Source: Heptranchias perlo (Eukaryota). From it: 64,000 nt of DNA. Below the pieces are notes generated by a model. The model worked only from the letters and a program-made list of their open reading frames with translations, ran no database searches and was not told the DNA's origin. Both the position numbers and the translations under genes were made by a program. The stretch spans positions 36,890,001 to 36,954,000 of the forward strand of contig NC_090340.1 in the NCBI RefSeq assembly GCF_035084215.1. Direction: 5' to 3'. Shown one piece after another: positions 25,761 to 38,500 of this stretch (position 1 is the first letter of the stretch; every line of letters begins with the position of its first letter).

Positions 25761-26980
25761 AATGCATTAAACGTTTGTCTGTCAGTTTCCTAAAAACAGA
25801 GCAATGAATAGGCGACGTAAGTTTTCAGCAAAAGGAGCTAATGCTATGTTGATTAACTCCTTTTTAATAAACCTAGATAAGACCAGGATTGAAGGGTATA
25901 AGTACAGACTGGTAATTACTCTATGGAATAGAATGGTTCCTATTCTTTTGGGACCATGGAAGTGCCATCTATGGAATACAACTGATTAGGATTGAAGAAT
26001 GTAGGTTGTAATCATACACTGGAATTTTCCTAGATTTCCCCAGGAAGTTAAAGAGCAAATTTTACAGAGATTTATCTGCTAGGAGCTTTTATTTGTGGTT
26101 ACTCAACTCCCTCAGAAGACTAAATAAGTTACTACAATCTGGTTTGACTAGGCTGGGGATAAAGCTTTAGCTGAATTTTTTTGTTTAAGTTTTATTCTAT
26201 TTGTTGACTTTATTCATTTATTGGGTGGAGGTAGATAAATTTCACTCGAGTTTCTGACAGCACGTTGACATGCACAGACACTCATGGTAATGGATTGAGG
26301 TCGGCAGCAACAAGAGCTCTGCAATGGGATTCAGTCAACTTAAAGATATCTAAGTATGTAAAGATCATTTGTAGCTGACATCATCTGTCAAGTATTTTCT
26401 ATTTTTCTCTCTTTGCACACTCTTAATGGTGATTACAACCAATAATTAGCTATTTAAGGCGGTGATATCTGACAAATTGTCTTGAAAGATGATTTATCAG
26501 TTTAATAAACAGGAGCCTGCAATTACTAGTAAACCGTAGAAAGTAAAGATAGAAAAATTGTAAATTTATTCTGCAACAGGTGTAATGGGTACGACAGCAC
26601 AAGCTAGCCACGGTGACAATATGGCAGTGTCTTTGGCAATCCAGCAGTCCATTTAATTCCTGTAATGTTACCAAAGTACATTTCATCTCTGTTTCTACCC
26701 AGTAGTATGTATGATCTATGTGATTATATAGGAGCATAAATTTGATCTTTGTTAGAACAACTACATTTGCGACTAGAGTACTGACACGAGTACCTATGAT
26801 TAAAGCAGGAATCTCTGTGAGTTCAACAAATATCTGTTAACTACATACGTCTATTTCAATGATAGTCAATTCAGTGGTGAGCTCTCTTACAGTAATCTTC
26901 ATTCTTACTGCACTGATCCAGTGACAAAATCATTTTGGCACAAAAGTCTAAACAGAAGTTAACACCAATAAAGCAAGTCA

Positions 26981-27436
26981 GGACATCCAGGACAAAGCAG
27001 CCCACTTGATTGGGACCCCATCCACCACCTTAAACATTCACTCCCTTCACTACCAGTGCACCGTGGCTGCAGTGTGAAATAATATACAAGATGCACTACA
27101 GCATCTCGCCAAGGCTTCTTCGACAGTACCTCCCAAACCAGCGACCTCTACCACCTAGAAGGACAAGGGCAGCAAGCACATGGGAACACCACCACCTGCA
27201 CGTTCCCCTCCAAGTCACACACCATCCCGACTGGGAAATATATCGCCATTCCTTCATTGTTGCTGAGTCAAAATCCTGGAACTTCCTACCTAACAGCACT
27301 GTGGGAGAACCTTCACCACACGGACTACAGCAGTTCAAGAAGGCGGCCCACCACCACCTTCTCAAGGACAATTAGGGATGGGCAATAAATGTCGGCCATG
27401 CCAGCGACGCCTACATCCCATGAAAGAATAAAAAAA
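26981..27436 (+). mobile_element. LINE family B 3' fragment
   Basis: Homologous to 15430-15886, with A-tail. Confidence 0.93.
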
Positions 27437-27809
27437 GTGTCATCAAGAAAGTCAAACAATTAAAGAGCAATTTCTACTCTTCTGTGCTCCTGACAGACAA
27501 GGCTCTGCTCTGCAAATGCAGATGTAGAAAATGTACCTTTAAATGTTTACAATGTGCCTGTATTGCAGCATACCCAAGAATCCTCAACAAAATGATAGAG
27601 GGCCAGGCTCTGGTTAATATGTTTCAGGAGTTTGCTAAACACAGGAGGTGTAACTAAGGATAGGAGGATAGAAAATCACAAGTTATCCTGAAGTTCAAAG
27701 CAGAAATGAAAAGAACACAGAAATTAGAAAGAAGCTGATCTGACATCCACATTGGGGCTAATATTTGACAGCATTATACAGGATGCTATCAATATTTATT
27801 TACAGAGTA

Positions 27810-28338
27810 CAGGCGGCATGAGCAGCTCCAAGCACGTATTTAGCAGTAGATCATGTCTCATATTGGTATTCTTTGAGGAGGTAATTAAATGAGTGAATAA
27901 CAGTTTCCAGCGGGCATAGCTTACTTAGATTTTCAGAAAGCATTTTTAAAGTAGGTTAATGATAATAGCATTTATGGCAAATTGGGCACGTGGATTGAAA
28001 TTGGTCTTGCATTAGGAAGCAGAAAGCATGATGAAAAGAACAGGGTGGGAAAGAGTCAGGATTTTAATTCAGACGAGTATCAAAAGTGGAGGTGAGGGAA
28101 TGGTTAAGCAAGTCAACAGCTGCTGGTGTTGTGGTTAATCCATAAACTGTATATTGCTCTGGTTGGACTATATCTTCAGTTCTGTGTTCAATTCTGGTCA
28201 CAAGGGAGAGATCCAGTCTCTGAAAGCTGTTCAAAGAACCATGAGGCTGATCTCTAGTGTCAGAGAACTAGGTTATGAGGAGATACGGATAGACTGGGTT
28301 TTCAACCTGGAAAGGAGACAACAAAGATCTTAAAGAGG
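27810..28338 (+). mobile_element. Old CR1 fragment, continued at ~31690-31940
   Basis: ttctttgaggaggta, ttagattttcagaaagcattt and gttcaattctggtca motifs; the C-terminus (SRTKEHGFKL) resumes after the insert. Confidence 0.7.
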
Positions 28339-28339
28339 C

Positions 28340-31300
28340 AATAAACAGCAGAAGCAACATGCTATAGACAGAGCTAAGTGATTCCACAACCAACGGATCA
28401 GATCAAAGCTCTGCAGTCCTGCCACATCCAGTCGTGAATAGTGGTGGACAATTAAACAACTAACGGGAGGAGGCTCTGTAAACATCCCCATCCTTAACGA
28501 TGGCAGAGTCCAGCACGTGAATGCAAAAGGCAAGGCTGAAGCGTTTGCAACCATCTTCAGCCAGAAGTGCCGAGTGGATGATCAATCCCGGCCGCCTCCC
28601 GATATCCCCACCATCACAGAAGCCAGTCTTCAGCCAATTCGATTCACTCCACGTGATATCAAGAAACGGCTGAGTGCACTGCATATAGCAAAGGCTATGG
28701 GCCCCAACAACATCCTGGCTGTAGTGCTGAAGACTTGTGCTCCAGAACTAGCTGCGCCTCTAGCCAAGCTGTTCCAATACAGCTACAACACTGGCATCTA
28801 CCCGACAATGTGGAAAATTGACCAGGTATGTTCTGTCCACAAAAAGCAGGACAAATCCAATCCGGCCAATTAAAGCACCATCAGTCTACTCTCAATCATC
28901 AGCAAAGTGATGGAAGGTGTCGTCGACAGTGCTATCAAGCGGCACTTACTCACCAATAACCTGCTCACCGATGCTCAGTTTGGGTTCCGCCAGGACAACT
29001 CGGCTCCAGACCTCATTACAGCCTTGGTCCAAACATGGACAAAAGAGCTGAATTCCAGAGGTGAGGTTAGAGTGACTGCCCTTGACATCAAGGCAGCATT
29101 TGACCGAGTGTGGCACCAAGGAGCCCTAGTAAAACTGAAATCAATGGGAATCAGGGGGAAAACTCTCGTGGCTGGAGTCATACCTAGCACAAAGGAAGAT
29201 GGTGGTGGTTGTTGGAGGCCAATCATCTCAGCCCCAGGACATTGCTGCAGGAGTTCCTCAGGGCAGTGTCCTAGGCCCAACCATCTTCAGTTGCTTCATC
29301 AATGACCTTCCCTCCATCATAAGGTCAGAAATGGGGATGCTCGCTGATGATTGCACAGTGTTCAGTTCCATTCGCAACCCCTCAGATAATGAAGCAGTCC
29401 GAGCCCGAAAGCAGCAAGACCTGGACAACATCCAGGCTTGGGCTCATAAGTGGCAAGTAACATTCGCGCCAGACAAGTGCCAGGCAATGACCATCTCCAA
29501 CAAGAGAGAGTCTAATCACCTCCCCTTGACAGTCAACGGCATTACCATCGCCGAATCCCCCACCATCAATATCCTGGGGGTCACCATTGACCAGAAACTT
29601 AACTGGACCAGCCATATAAATACTGTGGCTACAAGAGCAGGTCAGAGGCTGGGTATTCTGCGGCGAGTGACTCACCTCCTGACTCCCGAAAGCCTTTCCA
29701 CCATCTACAAGGCATAAGAACATAGGAAACATAGGAACATAGGAACAGGAGTAGGCCATTCAGCCCCTCCTGCCTGCTCCGCCATTTGATAAGATCATGG
29801 CTGATCTGTGATCTAGCTCCATATACCTGCCTTTGGCTCATATCCCTTAATGCCTTTGGTTGCCAAAAAGCTATCTATCTCACATTTAAATTTAGCAATT
29901 GAGCTAGTATCAATTGATGTTTGCAGACGAGAGTTCCAAACTTCTACCACCCTTTGTGTGTAGAAATGTTTTCTAATCTCGCTCCTGAAAGGTCTGGCTC
30001 TAATTTTTAGACTGTGCCCCCTACTCCTAGAATCCCCAACCAGCGGAAATAGTTTCCCTCTATCCACCCTATCCGTTCCCCTTACTATCTTATAAACTTC
30101 GATCAGATCACCCCTTAACCTTCTAAACTCTACAGAATACAACCCCAATTTGTGTAATCTCTCCTTGTAACTTAATCCTTGAAGTCCGGGTATCATTCTA
30201 GTAAACCTACGCTGCACTCCCTCCAAGGCCAATATGTCCTTCCGAAGGTGCGGTGCCCAGAACTGCTCACAGTACTCCAGGTGCGGTCTAACCAGGGTTT
30301 TGTATAGCTGCAGCATAACTTCTGCCCCCTTGTACTCCAGTCCTCTAGATATAAAGGCCAGAATTCCATTAGCCTTATTGATTATTTTCTGCACCTGTTC
30401 ATGACACTTCAATGATCTATGTACCTGAATCCCTAAGTCCCTTTGGACATCCACTGTTTTTAACTTTTTACCATTTAGAAAGTACCCTGTTCTATCCTTT
30501 TTTGATCCAAAGTGGATGACCTCACATTTGTCTACATTGAATTCCATTTGCCACAGTTTTGCCCATTCACCCAACCTATCAATATCGCTTTGTAATTTTA
30601 TGTTTCCATCTACACTTCCTTCATCGGCAAACTTAGATGAGACTTTCTATGCCTTCATCTAAGTCGTTAATAAAGATTGTGAATAATTGAGGCCCCAAGA
30701 CAGATCCCTGCGGGACTCCACTAGTCACATCCTGTCAATGTGAATACTTACCCATTATCCCTACTCTCTGTCGCCTTTTGCTCAGCGAATTTCCTAACCA
30801 AGTCCGTACTTTTCCCTCGATTCCATGGGCTTCTAACTTAGCTAACAGTCTCTTATGTGGGACCTTATCAAATGCCTTCTGGAAGTCCATATAAATAACA
30901 TCCATTGACATTCTCCTGTCCACTACTTTAGTCACCTCTTCAAAAAATTCAATCAGGTTTGTCAGGCACGACCTACCTTTCACAAATCCATGCTGGCTCT
31001 CTCTGATTAACTGAAAATTCTCACACTGTTCAGTCACCCTATCCTTAATTATAGACACCAGCAATTTCCCCACAACAGATGTTAGGCTAACTGGTCTATA
31101 ATTCCCCGGTTTCCCTCTCTCTCCTTTCTTAAAAAGTGGAGTGACATGTGCACAAGTCAGCAGTGTGATGGAATACTCTCCACTTGTCTGGATGAGTGCA
31201 GCTCCAACAACACTCAAGAAGCTCGACACCATCCAGGACAAAGTAGCCCGCTTGATTGGCACCACATCCACCACCTAAAACAATCACTCCCTTCACCACC

Positions 31301-31688
31301 GACGCACTGTGGCTGCAGTGTGCACCATCCACAGGATGCACTGCAGCAACTCGCCAAGGCTTCTTCAACAGCACCTCCCAAACCCGCGACCTCTACCACC
31401 TAGAAGGACAAGAGCAGCAGGTACATGGGAACACCACCACCTGCACGTTGCCCTCCAAGTCACACACCATCCCGACTTGGAAATATATCGCCGTTCCTTC
31501 ATCGTCACTGGGTCAAAATCCTGGAACACCCTTCCTAACAGCACTGTGGGAGACCTTCACCACACGGACTGCAGCGGTTCAAGAAGGCGGCTCACCACCA
31601 CCTTCTCCAGGGCAATTAGGGATGGGCAATAAATGCCGGCCTCGCCAGCGACGGCCACATCTCATGAATGAATATATATAAAAAAAAT
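28340..31688 (+). mobile_element. LINE family B, 5'-truncated, split by a CR1 insertion
   Basis: RT motifs as in 13713-15886; sequence breaks at atctacaaggca (29714) and resumes at caagtcag (~31153). Confidence 0.95.
29713..31152 (-). mobile_element. CR1 LINE 3' portion nested in family B LINE
   Basis: ORFs 30735-31150 ([22 protein letters not shown]) and 29813-30574; cataggaa-type tail at 29713. Confidence 0.95.
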
Positions 31689-32069
31689 AAGATGGCAAAT
31701 CGTATGGAAAAGTTAGATTCAGAAACTTACTTCAAACTAAACTGTCAGAGTAGGACAAAAGAACACGGGTTCAAACTGACAAAGGGTAAATTTAAGACTG
31801 ATATCCAGAAGCTCTTAAAAAGTGTTCAATATATGAATGGACTTCTGGAGCAGGGCAGTGGAGGTAAACACCCTGGAATCATTTAAGAAACAAGGTGCTG
31901 AGGGGACTGTCGGGTCTTTCTGGAAGGATGAGCTAAAATTAATTATCTTCTGACAGGTCACCAGACAACTGACATCGGTGATCTCAGGATTCCTGCTGTG
32001 CTTTCTCACTGTTGCACTCGGGCACCAATCCTTGGAAGACTGACCTCTGACTGCAGCTGTGTTTCCCGC

Positions 32070-32580
32070 AATAAAGGTCTCCATGGTTACAGTGTCAATC
32101 CCTGTAACCATGGTGTCCCTGTAATATCATGACGTGCTCTTGCCGCGCACTGAGAAGCCAATTGGTCACGTCCTTTGGCGTAGTTTTAATGCGCCGGAAG
32201 TCACGCCGATGAGCCGAGCCATGGACAGTGAGTGGATTTCAGGCCTTTATCAGTGAGATGGCGCCGGGAGGCGGGGTTTTTATTAGCGGTCGGGGTGGTT
32301 GCGGTAAAGCTGCAGAACTTTAGCTGTGAAGCTAGGTTGAGCGGCAGGTTCCATGGTGTGAGAGGCTGGGGTGACGGTTGGTGCAGGTGGGGGGGGGCTG
32401 GTGATTCCCCTCTGACTGAGCACCGGGTGAAAGCCGCGGGCCCGCATCACCGAGCCCCTGGGTTGGCCATCTTCGGTCAAGTGCAGGAGGAATCGCAGGG
32501 GCCTTTCTGTCGCAATCCTTCAAACTATCAGACGGTTAATGTTTCAGGGAGGGGGCGGGAGGCACTTCAGGTGCGTTGTG
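32070..32580. promoter_or_regulatory. CpG-rich POP4 promoter/first exon, possibly bidirectional
   Basis: Local CpG enrichment in a CpG-poor window; ETS/GABP motif CCGGAAGT at 32194-32201, CCAAT at 32158, CRE/E-box-like TGACGTG (~32130) and GTCACGT (~32165), RFX X-box-like site at 32077-32090. Confidence 0.8.
32221..32227 (+). CDS. POP4: POP4 coding exon 1 (ATGGACA; in-frame upstream ATG at 32209)
   Basis: gccATGG Kozak context followed by GTGAGT donor, inside the CpG-rich segment; phase 1 fits exon 2. Confidence 0.85.
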
Positions 32581-35500
32581 GCTTTTTCTGTTCAGCGATA
32601 ATTTTTTTATAACCCAAAATACCTGCATGGGAGTCGCTTTCAGTTCACAACTTACCCAGTTGTTATATGGAAATTGTTAACAGGCCCAATTAAATCAAAT
32701 ACACAGGTCCAAAGTGAACAGAAACGTAATCTCAATTATCTCCACCTCTTCCCCATTCCCATCGTTATTTATAGGCTTCCCCTTGGTAACATCTAATGGC
32801 ACAGATTCAACTTCCAAATGCACATTACTGCTACCCAGTTTTACCAACCTCCATACCTCTGCAATTTCTGTGGCAGTTTCTATACTGGCCACCTGTCTTC
32901 TCCCAATTTCTGTTTTCCTTTGCTCTCCTACTTGGGCTCCCTTTTGCCTACATCCTGTAGAAGACTGGGATATTTTTCTTTACATGATAAGTACAACAGA
33001 AATATAATTTGGAATCTGGTTCCCCCCGCCCTCTTTGTGCTCCAACTTCCATTGGCCCAAGTCTGGGCTTACTCATGCTCTTCCAGAGTTATAAAAAGAC
33101 TAGAGGCACCATGGAAGGGTGTCAAGGCCTTGGAGAGGGTCCAGAGAAGATTTACCAGAATGGTACCAGGAATAAGGGACTTCAGCCATATAGAGAGACT
33201 AGAGAAGCTGGGATTGTTCTCCTTAGTTCAGAGAAGGTTAAGGGGCAATTATGAGGGGTTTTGATAGAGTAGCTAGGGAGAAACTTTCTCCTGGCAGGAA
33301 GTTTGGTAACCAGAGGACACAGATTTAAGGTAATTGGCAAAAAAAAACCAGGGAGGGAAATTAGATGTTTTTACTCAGCGAGTTATGATCTGGAATGCAC
33401 TACCTGAAAGGGTGGTAGAAGCAGATTTAATCGTAACTTTCAAAAGGGAATTGGATAAATACTTGAAGGGGAAGAATTTGCAAGGCTATGGGAAAAGAGC
33501 AGGGGAGTGGGACTAATTGGATAGCTCTTTCAAAGAGCTGGCCCAGGCAAAATGGGCCGAATGGCTGTGCTGTATGATTCCATGTATGATATATCTCTGT
33601 ATTCTCGCTCTATAAATATGGCACCACCCTTTTGAAACATTGATTTTGTGACTGGATCATTTTTCCAGCTATAACATACATGCCAGCTTGTTCTGTGCTG
33701 GTATAGAAACTGATCAACTCTTGGGCCCTCCATTAGAGTGAAGTGTCATGCTGTAATGTTTGTTTTATTATTAATAGGCAGATATTGACTGAGCTATGGC
33801 AGTTGAGTTTGTTCTAGAAATTAAAGCTTTCACGTCACAGCAATGTGTGCTTTCTCAGCAAATGGAAACACAAGGATTCAATAATCAAGTTACCAATGGT
33901 TAATTAAGGGGACACTGCAGGAGGAAGCAATGCAGAATTCATCTTATTTCCCTTGGAATGTGCAGGTGAAAACCAGCTCACTGGCAGTTTATAGTACATT
34001 ACCATATTGTACACTTGGAGCAAGCCTACACATTTGTTTAAGAGCATTCCTTTCTGTTACCAATAAAAGCAATGATACTTCAGCACTTACAGTGCTTTGG
34101 GAAAGATTTTGCTGATAGACTCGTGCTTCAATTATAAATAAACATTTAGAGCTGTATACCCCAAAGTTCATGGATCTGCAGTTTTGTGAGAATTTTAATT
34201 TTGGAAGGAAATTAAAGTGAGTCAGCAACCAAAGCCTGGTTCTCTTTATTTAATATGCCAGGGACGTATCTGGCAAATTAAACTAGGAGAAGTGCTCCTT
34301 CTCCTTTCCAGTGCTGGAGATATAGAACAAGCAGTTCTGTGACCTCCTCTTCCCTCCCACATCTATTCATTGTCAGAAACGTGGCCGTTGAATACAAGAG
34401 TAATAGTGTGGTTCATTTTAGCTGAGGTTTTCTTCCAAAAGAATTGTGATGATTTTGTCTAGGAGCCCATTTGTGAAGGACTATTCCTTTAATGACCTCG
34501 ATGCATATTCATTTGATGCAATGTGAATCATCCATTTGTCTTCATGACGATTATTTTTTTTAACTTTTTATACTGCTCATCTGATTTGTTCCTCCATTCT
34601 CTTTATCCCCTCCCCAAACAGATTTTCCCTGATTTTGATTTGGTTGGGATTTATGAAAACCAGTACCTAGGCCCATGCATGCATAAAGTAGATTCATTTT
34701 TTTCCCCTAGAATTCTCAAATCAAGTTGTTTGACAGACTATTTTGAAAGTGACTGGTATAAGTTACATCTGCAGTCACATAACAAATATTGTTGTTGTGC
34801 TTAGTTCTAATAAGCAAGGCACTTATTGTTTCATACTTTTTTAATTGAGCTGTTTTAGATCTGGATGGTCTAATAAAGTGTAGAGAAATACAGATTGTTC
34901 TAATAAGGCCATTGATCGATAGAGCCATAGACTGAATCTGGAATTAGTGCATAAGGACATAAGAAATAGGAGTAGGTCGCATGGCCCCTCGAGCCTGCTC
35001 CGCCATTCGTTCAGATCATGGCTGATCTTGGCATTGCTTTACACGTTTTTATTTCATGACAAACTCATTAGGCAATAAAATTAGGCTTTAAATGGATTGA
35101 TTTTTTGTTTGCTTCAGTAGTCCAGCAAATCATTAAAGGAGTTGTTTGCCGTGCTTTGTGACTCAGTTAACTTGACGTATTTTGAGAATTGTGCAATTTA
35201 AGCAAAACAAGTAAATGTTCTGCTCAGAAGATGACTGAAGTGAAAGCGTCAAAGGGACTTGTTCAAAGAACAGTCAAATGCAGGACCCACCAATTAAATC
35301 AAATATCACCTGAATTGTGTGGTTTTTTTTTAAATGCTTTAAATCCATTTTGGCAAAAGGCATATAAAAATACTCAACTACCTAATTTGCCAGAGATTTT
35401 GGCATGGGTTTAAATCTAGGCCTGTCGTTACTTTCCCCTCTTCTTCCCCTACCTCTATCCACAAAAAAAAGGTTTCAGTATGGCCTGGTGCATACAAATT

Positions 35501-38500
35501 TGTGTCTTTATTTTACTTAGCCTCAAGCACTAGAAAATGTCATGAATCTTTTTTAGAAATGCAATAAAATCTTCCTGATGACTCAGCTGGTGCATTTACT
35601 GCCCACTGTGGTACTAAGTCAAACAGATAAAGAAGATGCAGGTTCAATCCTTGATCTGTGCTGAGTTAAGCATGTTAGCTTAGCATAGCAGGACTTCGGG
35701 GATGGAGGGAATGGAAAATATTTATTGCCAACCCAACAAATTTGTTGAGAATTGTCCATGAATATCAGTCGATCAATGTGCCTCTGATCTTTATAGGAAG
35801 TTTGTTTTGTAACTTCAGTAATGTTTTATTTGTAGGTTTCCACACCGCATGCTAAATTTGCAATATATTCTGGCAGAATGTCTTTGATTAGTGCATTAAA
35901 TGTCTGACTTGCATTTTGTATGATTTATATTTCTGTTTGAAATAATTGTGTGCTTAGCATGATAAAATAGCAGTCTGTCTTGTCTTTCTTATTAGCACTG
36001 CCATCTTTTTACCCATTTTAACTGAGATTCTTTATTTCCCTGTTGAAGATATTGTTTACAGCACGATTTCTATGAAAGAGACTGTGGACATTCAGGTATG
36101 CTACTTTATGGTCACTGCTGCCCTCTGGTGTTTCTGTGTTGGCAGTCCTTGAGAACAGCATGTTTAGATTATGTAGCACTGTCTGTAAGAAAGGTTGACC
36201 ACAATGTGAATTGTACTGTTTTGATCAAAGAACATTCATAATGAATATATCATACAACAGATTTGACTATATTTGGAAGTTATGTTCTCCTTATTTCTGT
36301 TATGTTGATTGGCCAGGTGTAATGCTTAAGTTCATTTTTTTTGTTTATGGCTTTGTGCTGTCTATCTTGTAATTTTGTATATATGTGGGTACTAATTATG
36401 TAATTTTGTACCAATTTAATTGCAATTATTGATTTAAAACAGGAATAATTTTGTGTTCAGTGCAATATTAATAGCGGCTAAAGTCTAACTTAATTTGTTT
36501 CGGGAGTGCAGTTGTCAACTTTCTGAAAAGTTTCTGCAATGTTCAAATAATTTCTAAATTGTTTCTGACAGCCTCAGGGATCCAGACAGGCTGAAGCATT
36601 TGTCAAGACCTTTCTCAGACACAGTTTACCACGGTTGGGTGCTGAGCAGATTCAAACACATTTGAACAGAAAGGCTGTTATTCTCGAACATTTGTTAAAG
36701 AAGCGCAAGAAGGAGAAGAGGAGAAAAACAAAGTGTCTGTCCGCCAAGGAGAGGCGGGAATTGAGAATATTTGAGCTCAAACCAGAACAACAAAGGTAGG
36801 CTGGTCCTGTTTGTGTCGACACTTTTTATCGATGCTGGTTTTATGTATCATACAATTGCAAAATAAAAAATCCAGAGAAATGATGCACAATAAACTTGTG
36901 CTTTCTTTCCAAAATTTCTATTTTTAAAAAATCAGCAATATTGAATTATCTTGCACAAGACACATGCTGTGCAATAGACTATTGGATTCCTGTTTAGAGT
37001 CCAGTTTTGGATCCCAGCTTCAACTGTCATTCAATCTTTTGAGTTTCATAGAACTTCATCTGAGTGGCAAAATACAACACCTCAGGTTAGTGACGGATAC
37101 CGTCTCGGGATTTTTGGGGCACATAACCCACTGAACATGTCCCTGCTGTCCATTGATAATGGACTGAATTGATGAATATGGTTAAATCCACAGCCTGGCC
37201 CACTGTCCTAGCTGAAGATCATATGAGGCTGAGAAAGCAGAAAAATTGAATTTTAAAAAAAAATGGAAGTTATAAATTAAATAAACTACTTGCTTGGAGG
37301 ATGGCAGTAATAATACAAATTAGTAACTAGTATTCAAACTCGTGGTTCTGGCATTCATTTGTAACTTGGAGCTTTGAAGATTCTTATTGATGACGTATTG
37401 TATTGAGTACTTGAACAAACAGCATTTCTATTTAATTTCATCAGCACCAGGTCACAGTGGTTATCTTAAGCAAGTAATGGTCAGATATAGCCCAACCTCT
37501 GCATTAATTCTGTCCTTATCTGGAGGGCAAATACAATAGTATAACTGTTTTGAGTGACAATTCGCAATTTTTAAGTGCAACAGTTTAATAAAGTCTTTGT
37601 AATGTGGTTGTGCCCCATGTTCTACACTGAACTGATCAAATTTTCTGTATTCTTTACATTTTCTCCACTGTATAAAAGGGCATTTCAGTGAAATGCTTAT
37701 TCTCGCCTATCAGATTGACATGGTTTAGACATTTTTAACCCATATATGTTAAAATGCTAATTTGAACGATTATCTAAGTTTGAATTGATCTGATCTAATT
37801 TTTTCCAGGTATGAATTGTTTCTCCCTTTGCATGAGCTGTGGAAGCAGTACATTCGAGACTTGTGCAACGGCTTGAAACCTGACATGTAAGTACAGTACT
37901 TGTACTATAGAATGGGCACGTTTACAGTTATTGGTCACTGACTCGTTGTATTGTACACTTGTGAAGCTGGAAAGACCCCTTTACCACACACAGTGCAGAA
38001 GATATTGAGACATTTTAGGAAACCCAGTGATCACACTGTAATCTATCAGCAGTTTAATTAATTAGTGTTTAAAGCACTGATTTTTAAATTGAACTATTTC
38101 AAGGTCAAAATATAAAAAGTTAGTTCACACAACACTGCAGATTAAGAAATAGGTGCTTTTAATTTTGCCCCAGTCCTTTAACTGTTGCTTCTCACTAAGC
38201 TGCAACAGTTTACACAAAAAATATGAAATGCCAGTCATTGGGCAACAATGTGCCAATGACCCCAGGTATATTGCTCACTTTACCGACAGGAAGGAGAGAG
38301 CAAAAAGCCTCTTTGTTTTGCTCCTCGTTGCTAGCAGTGTTAGTGGGCAAGATGTCTATTTTAATTTGGGATATTCCTAGATCAGAAAGGGCACCTCTAC
38401 CTTATATTGCAGATAAAATGAAACGTCATTCATTTATTGTTTCTTTTTAAGAGGTACTGTCTTCGTTGCAGAAGTGTTTACCATAGTTAAAGAAGTTTGC

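Noticed and set aside
32232-32612. 126-aa ORF just after the POP4 ATG
   Set aside because: It lies in GC-rich intron 1 beyond the GTGAGT donor; it is open because of base composition.
35575-35680. A/B-box-like sequence as a tRNA gene
   Set aside because: No cloverleaf, and there are related decayed copies elsewhere in the window, so it is a SINE head.
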